Source: a bacterium
GTDB taxonomy: Bacteria > UBA8248
Assembly: GCA_965213685.1 (NCBI GenBank)
Contig: CBDBZY010000024.1
Location: 1-64,000 of the forward strand
DNA length: 64,000 bases
Reading direction: 5' to 3'
This document shows, piece by piece, positions 40,535 to 50,444 of this stretch. The notes below the pieces were generated by a model, which saw only the letters and a program-made list of their open reading frames with translations, was not told the DNA's origin and did not search any database. The position numbers and the translations under genes are program-made. Numbering within the stretch: position 1 is the stretch's first letter; every line of letters starts with the position of its first letter.

Positions 40535-41515
40535 CTAGCCGTCGACCGTCAGGACGATCTTTCCGAACACCCTTCCCGTCATCAGCTCCTCGTGGGCGCG
40601 GGCCGCTTCGGCGAGCGGGATTCTCGCGCCCACGACGGCGCGCACCTTCCCCTCGTCCAGCAGAAGATCCAGCTGGCGCGTCATCTCCGGGAAAACGGGA
40701 TCCGAGTTGAACAGGCTCATGCCCCGCACGTCGATGTCCTTGGAGTAGAAGGGGGGATAGTTCACCGAACCCGCGAGGGGCTTGCCGGTCCCGGCTCCGA
40801 GGACGACGATGCAGCCGTATTTTTTCACCGCCCGGCAGTCGTTGTCGAAATTCTCCGCCGCCACCATCTCGACCACGGCGTCCACGCCGCGCCCCCCCGT
40901 CTCCGCCAGGCACCGCTCGGCGAAATCCTCCTCGCGGTAATGGACGATCACGTCGGCGCCGAGGCCTCGACAGAACTCCGCCTTCTCCTCCGAGCTCACG
41001 GTGGTGATGACGCGCGCGCCGGCGGCCTTCGCGATCTGGATGGCCACGTAGCCCACGCCGCCGGCTCCCCCGTGTATGAGTATGGTTTCGCCCGCCTTGA
41101 TCCGCGCCTTGTAGACGAGCGCATAATACGCCGTATACAAAACCACCGGAAAGGACGCGCCCTCCTCATAGGACAGCCCCTCGGGGAGTTTCGCCGTGCG
41201 CGACGGATTCAGCAGCGCGCACTCGGCGTAGCTCCCGCTCACCGCGGCGCCAAAAACCCTGTCGCCGGGGGAGAAGCCCTCCACGCCCTCCCCCACGGCG
41301 AGCACATCGCCCGCAGCATCGATGCCGGGCGTCCAGGGCAGGGCCAGGCTCCTCGACAACGGATGCGCACCCGAGCGAAAGGTCGTATCGACGGGGTTCA
41401 CCCCGGCCGCGCGCACCCGGATCAGCATCTGCCCCGCGCCCGGGGCCGGCGCCGCCGCCTCCTCGAGCACCATCGCTTCGGGGCCGCCAAACTCATGCAC
41501 ATGTATCGCCTTCAT
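40535..41515 (-). CDS. NADPH:quinone reductase (third paralog)
   Basis: MKAIHVHEFGGPE, GVNPVD, HGGAGGVG, GKIVL. Confidence 0.9.
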   Translation of the reverse strand: MKAIHVHEFGGPEAMVLEEAAAPAPGAGQMLIRVRAAGVNPVDTTFRSGAHPLSRSLALPWTPGIDAAGDVLAVGEGVEGFSPGDRVFGAAVSGSYAECALLNPSRTAKLPEGLSYEEGASFPVVLYTAYYALVYKARIKAGETILIHGGAGGVGYVAIQIAKAAGARVITTVSSEEKAEFCRGLGADVIVHYREEDFAERCLAETGGRGVDAVVEMVAAENFDNDCRAVKKYGCIVVLGAGTGKPLAGSVNYPPFYSKDIDVRGMSLFNSDPVFPEMTRQLDLLLDEGKVRAVVGARIPLAEAARAHEELMTGRVFGKIVLTVDG

Positions 41516-42023
41516 CGCTCTCTCCTGTCGCATTGGGGGGGCGTCATGGCCTCGATTTCCCGCCCGCATCTTCCACATCCTGGCGAAGCAGACGATAGAC
41601 GGAGAAACGGGACTCTCATCTGTATCTCCTTACCACACCTCGCCAGAAAACGCTCTCAGCTTGCGACGCCGTATCCCAAAACGGCCTCAGAACCGAAGAA
41701 TTCCGCTCTTTCGCCCTCCATCGCGCGCCATCATGGTCCCCTCCGGCGGACGCCGCCCTTCCTCCGCAGGGGTCTTGACACCTATATTTTGGAGAAGGGA
41801 TAATGGGGCATCCGCATCAAAATGCAAATTGGCCATGTCCCATGGGCGTGAACGATTGGGGCGGGGGGAATCTGGAGGCGGCGAACCGGCAGGGCCGAGC
41901 ACAATGGCAACTCTCCATGGCGGTGAGGCGTTCATCGGGTGATGAGGCGATGAGACATTACGGATGCAATCGTGTCGGACGTGTTTTAAACATTTAACCA
42001 GTGAAGAAAAAAAGGAGTAGGCA

Positions 42024-43016
42024 ATGAAAAAACGCACCTTCCTTGTGGCAGCGGCAGCGGGCGTGGCGCTCATGATGGGGACGGCGGACGCCGCCGAGCG
42101 CTATCGCTTCGGCGGTGGCCCCTCCGGCGGCGGCTGGCACCCCGCCATCAGCGCCGGAACCCAGCTTCTCAACAGAAAGCTCGGAAGGAAATTCTACTTC
42201 CAGTATTCGCCGTCCGCCGGTTCGGTGGCCAACGTTCGCCGCGTGAGCCTGGGCGAATTCGGCACCTCGTGGGGACACGTCGGCCAGGTCTATCAATCCT
42301 GGACGGGCACCGGCCTGTTCAAGAAAGACGGCGCCAGCAAGGACTTCCGCATCGTCGCCAACGTCCGGGCGCAGTCGCAGATCATCGCCGTGCTGGCGGA
42401 CAGCCCCATCAAGACCTACCAGGACATGGCGGGCAAGAGGGTGAACCTGCTCAAACAGGGAACCGGCAGCCACGTGAACTGCAAGAACATGTTCGCCGCC
42501 GTCGGCATCCTCGACAAGATTCAGCCGCGCTACCTGGGCTTCGCCGCCTCGGGCCGCGCCCTGGGCGATCGCCAGATCGACGTTTACTGCTCGGCTGGCG
42601 CTCCGTTCACCATCCCGGCGATCACCCGGCTCTCCATCCAGAAGCCGGTCCGCTACGTCAGCCTGACGGAGGCGGAGCAGAAAAAGGTGACCGGCAACCA
42701 CAGGTTCTACGTGCCGGTCACCATCCCTCCCCAGAAAGAAGTCCGGGGAATGACCGCGCCCGCCCGCTCCATCGCCTATGACGTCTGGTGGATCGCGCAC
42801 AAGCAGATGTCGGACGCGGCCATCTACAACATGCTGAAAGTCATCGCCGACCCCAAAAACCTCCAGCAGCTGACCAAGACGGCGCGGTATTGGCGCGACC
42901 TCAGCGGCAACTTCAACGCGCTGAAAGTGCACAAAATCTACGTGCATCCCGCCGCCGCGCGCTACTGGAAGGAACGCGGCGTGAAGGTGCCCGCGGAGGT
43001 GGTGAAAGGCTACTAG
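42024..43016 (+). CDS. TAXI-family TRAP transporter solute-binding protein
   Basis: Signal peptide, GGPSGGGWH, SAGSVAN, GKRVN...GS, HPAAARYWKE. Confidence 0.9.
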   Translation: MKKRTFLVAAAAGVALMMGTADAAERYRFGGGPSGGGWHPAISAGTQLLNRKLGRKFYFQYSPSAGSVANVRRVSLGEFGTSWGHVGQVYQSWTGTGLFKKDGASKDFRIVANVRAQSQIIAVLADSPIKTYQDMAGKRVNLLKQGTGSHVNCKNMFAAVGILDKIQPRYLGFAASGRALGDRQIDVYCSAGAPFTIPAITRLSIQKPVRYVSLTEAEQKKVTGNHRFYVPVTIPPQKEVRGMTAPARSIAYDVWWIAHKQMSDAAIYNMLKVIADPKNLQQLTKTARYWRDLSGNFNALKVHKIYVHPAAARYWKERGVKVPAEVVKGY

Positions 43017-43068
43017 CCCCGACGAGAGGGGCGAACCACAGAGAAGCCCGGCGGTAAGGGATCGCCCG

Positions 43069-43101
43069 GGGGAGGAGGGGCGGGAGACGCCCCTCCTCCC
43101 C
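43069..43101 (+). promoter_or_regulatory. 14-bp intergenic hairpin (probable mRNA stabiliser or partial terminator)
   Basis: ggggaggaggggcg/cgcccctcctcccc between the binding-protein and permease genes; no U-tract. Confidence 0.6.
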
Positions 43102-43200
43102 GGAATTCCTGTCGCGCTTCACGCTTCACCTTTTGCGCCCTAGAAGATTCTTGACGACGGCCACCAAACCGCCTGTGCCGAGGCAGAGGACTACAAATAC

Positions 43201-45672
43201 ATGTTCCGAAATCTCTTGCCCATGTTGATGAAGATCGGTCTGATTTCAGACGAAATGATCAGGCCCCGGGACTTGAGAGGCCTCTCGCGCGCCATCGTTT
43301 CCGTCATCGCGGTCGCGTTCTCCTATTTTTTCGTGCACATCTCCTACTTCGGCCCCCCGCGTTCGGAGATATTCAAGGGCGTCTACATTCTCGCAACCGC
43401 CACCCTGTGCATCCTCGTCTACAAAAACAGGCAGCGGCCGATTCGCGAGGGGTTCGCCTATCTGGACGAGATTTTCTCCTTTCTCGCACTCCTCACCATG
43501 TGCGCGTCATTGTCCTTGTGGCTGTTCTGGGGCGTTTTTTATCGCGGGGGGCTCTGGAGCGAATTCCTGGGGCCCGGAGCGTATGTTTTCGCCCTCGGCG
43601 GCGGGCTGTTCGGCGCGTTCCTGTACCGGCGGGAAGCGGTGCGGGAGAAGATACCGGAGCTCCCGACGCTCTCCGACTGGCTGTTCATCGTATCCGCCGT
43701 CGCCCCCATCGTCTGGTGGAACATCTTCAACATCGAGCTCACCACCCGCATCGGCGGCCCCGTACCCGCCTCGGTGGTGATATACACCGCGCTGCTGACG
43801 GGCGTGAGCTTTGAAATCGCCAGGCGGGTCATCGGCCCCGTCATCCCGCTCATCGGCTTCCTGTTCCTGATCTACACGTTCCGGCCCATCGCGCAGATGT
43901 CCCCGGGCTTGCTGTTTCACGACGGGTTCGGCCTCGACCGCGTCGCCGAGTTCCTGATGCTGGAGGCGGACGGCATCACCGGCCTCATCGTCGAGGTCTT
44001 CGCCACCTACATCGTCATCTTCGTCGTGCTCGGCGCCTTTCTGGAAAAGACGGGACTGGGCGAGTTCCTGATCGACGCCACCTACCGGCTGACGGGTCAG
44101 AAAACCGGCGGGCCGGGCCTCACGGCCGTCATGTCGAGCGGATTGTTCGGCATGATCTCGGGCAGCGGGGTGGCCAACGTGGTGACGACGGGAACCTTCA
44201 CGATTCCGCTCATGAAGCGCGTGGGCTACCGCCCCGAGTTTGCCGGTGCGGTGGAGGCGGCCGCCTCCACGGGAGGCGCCTATATGCCGCCCATCATGGC
44301 GGGCGCCGCCTTCCTCGTCGCGCAGCTGACCGAGACGCCCTACTTTGAAATCGTCAAGATAGCGACGCTGCCGGCGGTTCTCTATTACCTGTCCGTGGGC
44401 TACATGGTGTATATCCGCGCCGTGCGGCGGGGGCTGCACGGCGTTCCCGTATCGGAGCTGCCCCCGTGGAGCAGGATCGTCCCGCGCCTCCACTTCCTGC
44501 TGCCGATTCCCGTGATGGTGTATTACCTCGTCATCGGAGACTCCGCGTTCCTGGCGGCCTTCAAGACCATCTGCATCATCGTCATGCTCAAATCCTGCGA
44601 GCTGCTCTCGGCCTTCCGGACGCCGACGGCGGACAAGACGGCGCGGCCATTCCTGTTCCTCTCGATCCTCTTCGGCGTTTTCTCCTATTATTTCGGGCTG
44701 AAGGTAGGCCCCCCGTTCTCCTGGTTTGCGGACACGCTGCGCGGAATGAACTGGGGAGACGCCCTGTTCTGGGCGATAGCCTGCTTCATCGTCCTGAAGC
44801 TCGGCGAAATCCTCATCGCGGCCGCCAAGGGCGCCTCCCCGCCGGACTCGGGGCATGAGACGGGGACCATCCTCCTCACGCGGCTCCGCGAACTGCTCGT
44901 CGAAATCATCCGGATCATATGGATTTCCCTGGAGGCCGGCGCGAGAAACACGCTCGTCATCGGCTGCATCGCCTGCGTGCTGGGCATCCTCCTCTCCTGT
45001 GCGACGCAGAGCGACCTGTCGGGGCGCATCTCCATCCTGTTGACCGAGTTCAGCTTCGGCCTGCTGCCCCTCACCATCATCTGGGTGATCATCGCCGGAT
45101 ACATCGTCGGCATGGGCCTGCCCATCACGGCGAGCTACGTGGTGCTGGTCATCTTCGGCGTCATCGCACTCACCAACCTGGGAATTCCCACGGTGCACGC
45201 CCACCTCATCTGCTACTGGGTGGCGGTCGTGAGCGCGGTGACCCCGCCCGTCGCACTGGCCGCGTACGCGGCGAGTGCCATCGCCGTGTCAGACCCGGTC
45301 AAGACCGGGTTCCAGGCGTTGAAGATCGCCTCGTGGCTCTTCATCATGCCATTCCTGTTCGTCTACACCCCGCTCCTTCTCAGCGGCACGTCCACCGAGG
45401 TGCTCATCACCTTCGTTGCGTGTCTCATCGGCATCGTCGGATGGGCCGGATGGATGGAGAATTTCATGATACGATACGCAAACGGGGCGGAGCGGGCGCT
45501 CATGTTCGTCAGTTCCGTGTGCCTTCTGCTGCCCGTAGGGAACTTCGTGGTTTTCATCACCCCGCTGGAGGGAGATCTGCGGTATCCCGCGTACGCCGTC
45601 GGCATACTCGCCATCGCAGCGGCGTTCCTCATGCAGAAAACCCGCGCAGGCGCGAAGCGGCAGCCCGCGTAG
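43201..45672 (+). CDS. TRAP transporter fused permease (4TM/12TM)
   Basis: GMISGSGVANVVTTGTFTIPLMK, EAAASTGG, GMGLP, TPPVALAAYAA. Confidence 0.92.
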   Translation: MFRNLLPMLMKIGLISDEMIRPRDLRGLSRAIVSVIAVAFSYFFVHISYFGPPRSEIFKGVYILATATLCILVYKNRQRPIREGFAYLDEIFSFLALLTMCASLSLWLFWGVFYRGGLWSEFLGPGAYVFALGGGLFGAFLYRREAVREKIPELPTLSDWLFIVSAVAPIVWWNIFNIELTTRIGGPVPASVVIYTALLTGVSFEIARRVIGPVIPLIGFLFLIYTFRPIAQMSPGLLFHDGFGLDRVAEFLMLEADGITGLIVEVFATYIVIFVVLGAFLEKTGLGEFLIDATYRLTGQKTGGPGLTAVMSSGLFGMISGSGVANVVTTGTFTIPLMKRVGYRPEFAGAVEAAASTGGAYMPPIMAGAAFLVAQLTETPYFEIVKIATLPAVLYYLSVGYMVYIRAVRRGLHGVPVSELPPWSRIVPRLHFLLPIPVMVYYLVIGDSAFLAAFKTICIIVMLKSCELLSAFRTPTADKTARPFLFLSILFGVFSYYFGLKVGPPFSWFADTLRGMNWGDALFWAIACFIVLKLGEILIAAAKGASPPDSGHETGTILLTRLRELLVEIIRIIWISLEAGARNTLVIGCIACVLGILLSCATQSDLSGRISILLTEFSFGLLPLTIIWVIIAGYIVGMGLPITASYVVLVIFGVIALTNLGIPTVHAHLICYWVAVVSAVTPPVALAAYAASAIAVSDPVKTGFQALKIASWLFIMPFLFVYTPLLLSGTSTEVLITFVACLIGIVGWAGWMENFMIRYANGAERALMFVSSVCLLLPVGNFVVFITPLEGDLRYPAYAVGILAIAAAFLMQKTRAGAKRQPA

Positions 45673-45706
45673 CGCGCATTCTCCGCCCACAGATAGGAAG
45701 CCCGCG

Positions 45707-46333
45707 ATGAGCGCAGCCCCTCCCTCCCTGAGACGCATCCAGCACGTCGGCCTGAAGGTGCACGACCTCGACGAAGCCATGCGCTTCTACCGCGACGTCA
45801 TGGGACTGCGGGTCTCCGACCGCTACGATCCCGGGGACAACCCCCACAATCCCTGGGGGATATGCTTCATGCGCTGCGGGGAGGGGCATCACGAAATATC
45901 CCTCATCGGATACCCCGAAGACGCCGGCCTTGCGCCCCGGGAGGGGGACATGCGAAAGCCCGAGGTCGGCCTCCACCATGTCGCCTTCGAGGTGAACTCG
46001 CGCGAGGAGGTGGAAGCCTGGGCGGAGCACATCCGATCCAGGGGAATAGAGATCGCGGCAGGCCCGCTCGTTCACAGCCCGACGCACCCCGAGGGCGACG
46101 GCACGCTGGGCGAGAACCGCGCCTTTTATTTTCACGACCCCTCCGGAAACGGCATCGAGATTTTCTGCGACATGGCCAGAATGGACGCGGACACCAATCG
46201 GGTGAACGAGGGGTGGTATCGGAACAGGCTGGAGCGGGACGGATATGCGCGCGACGATTCGGCCCCGCCCGAGGCTTGGCGGCCCGGCGTCTCGAGCATG
46301 GCGAACGCCCGGGAGAGGCTCGGCAGTCGATGA
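45707..46333 (+). CDS. VOC/glyoxalase-family protein (extradiol-dioxygenase-like domain)
   Basis: HVGLKV, HHEISL, LHHVAFEV, YFHDPSGNGIEI. Confidence 0.85.
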   Translation: MSAAPPSLRRIQHVGLKVHDLDEAMRFYRDVMGLRVSDRYDPGDNPHNPWGICFMRCGEGHHEISLIGYPEDAGLAPREGDMRKPEVGLHHVAFEVNSREEVEAWAEHIRSRGIEIAAGPLVHSPTHPEGDGTLGENRAFYFHDPSGNGIEIFCDMARMDADTNRVNEGWYRNRLERDGYARDDSAPPEAWRPGVSSMANARERLGSR

Positions 46334-46360
46334 GGTCGGGGGGAGGGGGGGAGCAGAGCG

Positions 46361-47317
46361 ATGCCGCACCGCGTCCTGACCGTGGATGAGCGCACCCGAA
46401 CGCAGCCGGTGCGCAGGGCGTTCATGGAAGAATACCTCCACGAGGGGTATGCGTTCATCGTGCCGGAATCGTTTGACGAAGGCGCCCTGCGGGAGGAGGC
46501 GCGAGGCGCCTGCGCACTCGTCACCGGCTTCGCCCCCATCACCAGGGAACTGATGGAGGCGGGCTCCCGCATCAAGGTGGTCGGCAAGGTGGGGACGGGC
46601 GTGGACAACATCGACCTGGGAGCCGCCACGGAGCTCGGCATTCCCGTCGCCCACGCTCCCGGCTGGATGCGCTGCGTCCCCGTGGCGGAGCACGCCATCG
46701 CGCTGATGCTCATGATGGCGCGCAGACCCTGGCTCTGGGCGAGCGGGGAGCGCGCGCTGCACGTTCAGCTGCAAGGCGCGACCCTGGGGGTCGTGGGCCT
46801 GGGGAACATCGGCCAGGCGCTCGCAAAGCGCGCCGCCGCATTCGAGATGGACGTCCTCGCCCATACGCGCACGCGGGGGAAGTTCCGGCCGCGGGGCTTC
46901 GCCGTCGAGGAGGTGGAAACCCTCGAGGAATTGCTGCCGCGCGCCGACTTCGTGGCGCTCACCCTGCCCCTCACGCCCGAGAGCGCGGGCATCATCGGCG
47001 AGAAAGAGCTGGGGATGATGCGCGAAACCTCCTTTCTCATCAACGTCTCGCGCGGCCCCCACGTGGACGCGGAGGCGCTCGCCGACGCCATCCGCGAGGG
47101 GAAGATAGCCGGCGCCGGTCTCGACGTCACCGAGCCGGACCCCCTGCCGGAGGCCCACCCGCTGCGCCGCTTCCCCAACGTCGTGATATCGCCGCACAAC
47201 GCCGCCCAGACCGAGAGCGTGCAGCGCAGAAGCTATCAGCTGTTGTGCGACAACATCAAAAGAGCGGTGGAGGGCGAGAAGGTCACCTCGCTCGCCAACC
47301 CCGAGGTCTACGGCTGA
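46361..47317 (+). CDS. D-2-hydroxyacid dehydrogenase family
   Basis: GTGVDNID, VAEH, GLGNIG, INVSRG, GAGLDV, SPHNA. Confidence 0.9.
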   Translation: MPHRVLTVDERTRTQPVRRAFMEEYLHEGYAFIVPESFDEGALREEARGACALVTGFAPITRELMEAGSRIKVVGKVGTGVDNIDLGAATELGIPVAHAPGWMRCVPVAEHAIALMLMMARRPWLWASGERALHVQLQGATLGVVGLGNIGQALAKRAAAFEMDVLAHTRTRGKFRPRGFAVEEVETLEELLPRADFVALTLPLTPESAGIIGEKELGMMRETSFLINVSRGPHVDAEALADAIREGKIAGAGLDVTEPDPLPEAHPLRRFPNVVISPHNAAQTESVQRRSYQLLCDNIKRAVEGEKVTSLANPEVYG

Positions 47318-47343
47318 AGCGCGCCGCCGAGGAGAGAATTCTC

Positions 47344-48480
47344 ATGAAAGACGCACCCATCCGGGGTCTGGAGGGCGTCATCGCCACGGACACGCGGATA
47401 TGCGACCTCGACGGGGCGAACGGCGTTTTGGCCTACTGCGGGTACGACGTGCCGGAGATGGTGCGCCAAAAGGCGCGCTTCGAGGAAATCGCATACCTCC
47501 TGTGGCACCGCGAGCTGCCCACCCGCGCGCAGCTGAGGGAATTCGACGAGCGGCTCAAAGCCGAGCGAAAGCTCTCGCCCGGGATGCTGCGCGCCTTGCG
47601 GCAACTCCCCCCCGGCGGGCAAAGAACGGCGGCGCTTCGGGGGGGCGTCGGCGTCCTCGGGCTTTTCGACCCGGAGGCGGAGGACGACGCTCCGGAGGCG
47701 AATTTCAGAAAAGCGCTCCGGATCACCGCGAAAATTCCCACCATCATCGCCGCCCAGCACCGTCTGGCGGCGGGACTCCGGCCCCTCAGCCCCCGCAAGG
47801 GGCTCGGGCATGCGGCGAACTTCCTCTACATGATCACCGGGGAGGCGCCGGACAAGGAGGACGCCCGGGCGCTCGACGCCACGCTCGTGCTGTATGCGGA
47901 GCACGAGATCAACGCCTCCACCTTCGCGGCGCGGGTCGTCGCCTCCACCATGTCGGACATCTACTCCGCCGTCACGGCGGGGATCGGGGCGGTCAAAGGC
48001 CCGCTGCACGGGGGCGCCGGCCTGGCGGTGATGGAAACGCTGCGCGAAATCGGAACGCCCGAGGCGGTGGAGCCCTTCGTGGAGAAGGCGCTCGCCCAGA
48101 GAAGGCGGTTCATGGGGTTCGGCCACCGGGTGTACGCCAGGAGCGGAGACCCGCGCGCGGGTGTTCTCGTCCAGCTAGCCGGCGAGATATGCCGCCGCCC
48201 CGGACGCGACGGCAAGTGGTTCGAGGTGGCCCGGGCGCTCGACCATGCGGTACAAAGCAGAAAGGGCGTCATCCCGAACGTGGATTTCTACTCCGCTCCC
48301 CTCTGGCAGGGACTGGGAATTCCCATGGAGTTGTTCGTCCCCATCATCGTCATGTCGAGAGTCGCCGGCTGGACGGCCCACATCCTGGAGCAAAAAGCCG
48401 ACAATCGCCTCATCCGCCCCCGGGCGCGCTACGTCGGAACCCCCGGGCGATCCTACAAAACCCTCAGAAGCCGTGGCTGA
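47344..48480 (+). CDS. citrate/2-methylcitrate synthase
   Basis: GLEGVIA, EHEINASTF, GPLHGGA, MGFGHRVY, PNVDFYSA. Confidence 0.92.
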   Translation: MKDAPIRGLEGVIATDTRICDLDGANGVLAYCGYDVPEMVRQKARFEEIAYLLWHRELPTRAQLREFDERLKAERKLSPGMLRALRQLPPGGQRTAALRGGVGVLGLFDPEAEDDAPEANFRKALRITAKIPTIIAAQHRLAAGLRPLSPRKGLGHAANFLYMITGEAPDKEDARALDATLVLYAEHEINASTFAARVVASTMSDIYSAVTAGIGAVKGPLHGGAGLAVMETLREIGTPEAVEPFVEKALAQRRRFMGFGHRVYARSGDPRAGVLVQLAGEICRRPGRDGKWFEVARALDHAVQSRKGVIPNVDFYSAPLWQGLGIPMELFVPIIVMSRVAGWTAHILEQKADNRLIRPRARYVGTPGRSYKTLRSRG

Positions 48481-50443
48481 GCCGGGGTCGCGCAGCCTCA
48501 CGCAGAAGCTCCTCGACGCCCACCTCGCCTCCGGCGCGTCGAGAACGCCGGGCGAGGAGGTCGAGATACGCATCGACCAGGTGCTCCTACAGGACGCTTC
48601 GGGCCCCATGGCGCTGCTCCAGTTCGAGGCCATGGGCTTCGCCAGGGTAAAGCAGAAAACAGCCGTGATGTACGCCGACCATCAAACCATCCAGGCACAC
48701 AGCCTGCACACGGACGCGCACCGCTTCCTGCTCGGGTTTTGTCAAAAGCACGGAATCCATTTCTCCAAGCCCGGCAACGGCATCTGCCACAACGTCCACC
48801 TCGAGGAATTCTCCATCCCCGGCGAAAGCCTCCTGGGCACCGATTCCCACACGCCGCAGGGGGGTGCCGTGGGGATGCTGGCGATTGGCGCGGGCGGGCT
48901 GGACGTGGCGTCGGCCATGGCGACGGGCAGCGCCATCCTCCCCCGCCCCCTCATCGTGGGAGTCCGGCTCTCCGGGAAGCTCAGTCCCTGGTCCACGGCG
49001 AAAGACGTCATCCTGGAGCTTTTGCGCCGTCTGGGCATTCGTGGAGGAATCGGCAAATTCTTTGAATACACCGGCCCGGGCGTCCGCACCCTCTCGGTGC
49101 CGGAGCGCTTCACCATCGCGAGCATGGGCACCGAGCTGGGCCTGACGGGAAGCGTATTCCCCAGCGACGCGCAGACCCGATTGTTTTACGAGCGCATCGG
49201 CCGCCCGGGCGACTGGTCCGCACAGGAGGCGGACGCAGACGCCGCCTATGACGCGGAAATCGCGCTGGACCTGGGCGAAGTGCAACCCCTCGTCGCACTG
49301 CCCTCCAACCCGGATCGGGTGGTTCCCGTCGCGGAGGCCGTCGGCACGCCCATCCACCAGGTCATCATCGGCAGCTGCACGAACGGCTCGTTCACCGACA
49401 TCGCCTCGTTCGCGCAGGTGCTCCGGGGGCGAAAGGTGGCCCATCCGGTGGACGCCATCGTCTTTCCGGGCAGCCGGCAAGCGTTCGAGGAGCTCGCCAG
49501 GGAAGGCCATCTCGCCGACCTCCTCGCCGCCGGTGCCTGCGTCTCCGAGGCGACTTGCGGAGCGTGTCCCGGGTACGCCCACATACCGGCACCGGGCATG
49601 AACTCCCTGCGCGCGTTCAACCGCAACTTCCGGGGCCGCTCGGGATTGAACGGGGATTCCGTGTATCTCGCGAGTCCCGAGGTGGGCGCGGTAGCCGCCC
49701 TCCACGGCCAGATAAGGGACCCGAGGGACGAGGGACGGGCGCCCGAAATCCTGCTCCCCCACCGCTTCGCGGGCGACAGGACGGGAATCGTTCCCCCATC
49801 GGCCAGCGCCTCGTCCGCGGAAATTCCCCGGGGGCCGAACATCGGCCCCGTTCCGGTGGGGACGCCCTTTGGCGACGCCTGCCGCGGCGCGGTGCTCATC
49901 AAGCTCGGCGACGACGTTTCGACCGACCACATCATCCCGGCGGGGGTGGAGGCGATTACCTATCGCACGAACATGCCCGCACTGGCCGATTATGTGTTCC
50001 GGCGCGTGGACCCGGCGTTCGTCTCCCGGGCGCGGGAGGCGGGCGGCGGAATCATCCTCGCGGGAAAAACCTACGGCCAGGGCTCCGCCCGCGAGCAGGC
50101 GGCGATATGCCCGATGATGCTGGGGGTCCGCGCGGTCATCGCCAAGAGTTTCGCCAGAATCCACCGGGCGAACCTCATCAACTGGGGCGTCCTGCCCCTC
50201 TCTTTTCTGAACCCCGACGACTATGACGCGACAGACCCCGGGCAGAGGCTGTCCATCGTCCGTCTCCAGGACGCGCTCCTCGCCGGTGCCGTCGAGGTGG
50301 AAAACGAGGACACCGGCCATGCCTTTGGCGCGGCGTGCGCGCTGACGGAGCGCGAGCGGCGCACCCTGCTGGCGGGCGGAGCGCTCGCCCTGGCGCGGCG
50401 GGAGGGGGCCCTCCCCGCCGCCGAAGCGCAGGGCGGCTCCTAG
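48473..50443 (+). CDS. aconitate hydratase (short ~650-aa type)
   Basis: PGNGICH, GTDSHT, GSCTNG, CGACPG, NRNFRGRSG, STDHI, YGQGSAREQAA, KSFARIH. Confidence 0.92.
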   Translation: MAEPGSRSLTQKLLDAHLASGASRTPGEEVEIRIDQVLLQDASGPMALLQFEAMGFARVKQKTAVMYADHQTIQAHSLHTDAHRFLLGFCQKHGIHFSKPGNGICHNVHLEEFSIPGESLLGTDSHTPQGGAVGMLAIGAGGLDVASAMATGSAILPRPLIVGVRLSGKLSPWSTAKDVILELLRRLGIRGGIGKFFEYTGPGVRTLSVPERFTIASMGTELGLTGSVFPSDAQTRLFYERIGRPGDWSAQEADADAAYDAEIALDLGEVQPLVALPSNPDRVVPVAEAVGTPIHQVIIGSCTNGSFTDIASFAQVLRGRKVAHPVDAIVFPGSRQAFEELAREGHLADLLAAGACVSEATCGACPGYAHIPAPGMNSLRAFNRNFRGRSGLNGDSVYLASPEVGAVAALHGQIRDPRDEGRAPEILLPHRFAGDRTGIVPPSASASSAEIPRGPNIGPVPVGTPFGDACRGAVLIKLGDDVSTDHIIPAGVEAITYRTNMPALADYVFRRVDPAFVSRAREAGGGIILAGKTYGQGSAREQAAICPMMLGVRAVIAKSFARIHRANLINWGVLPLSFLNPDDYDATDPGQRLSIVRLQDALLAGAVEVENEDTGHAFGAACALTERERRTLLAGGALALARREGALPAAEAQGGS

Positions 50444-50444
50444 C

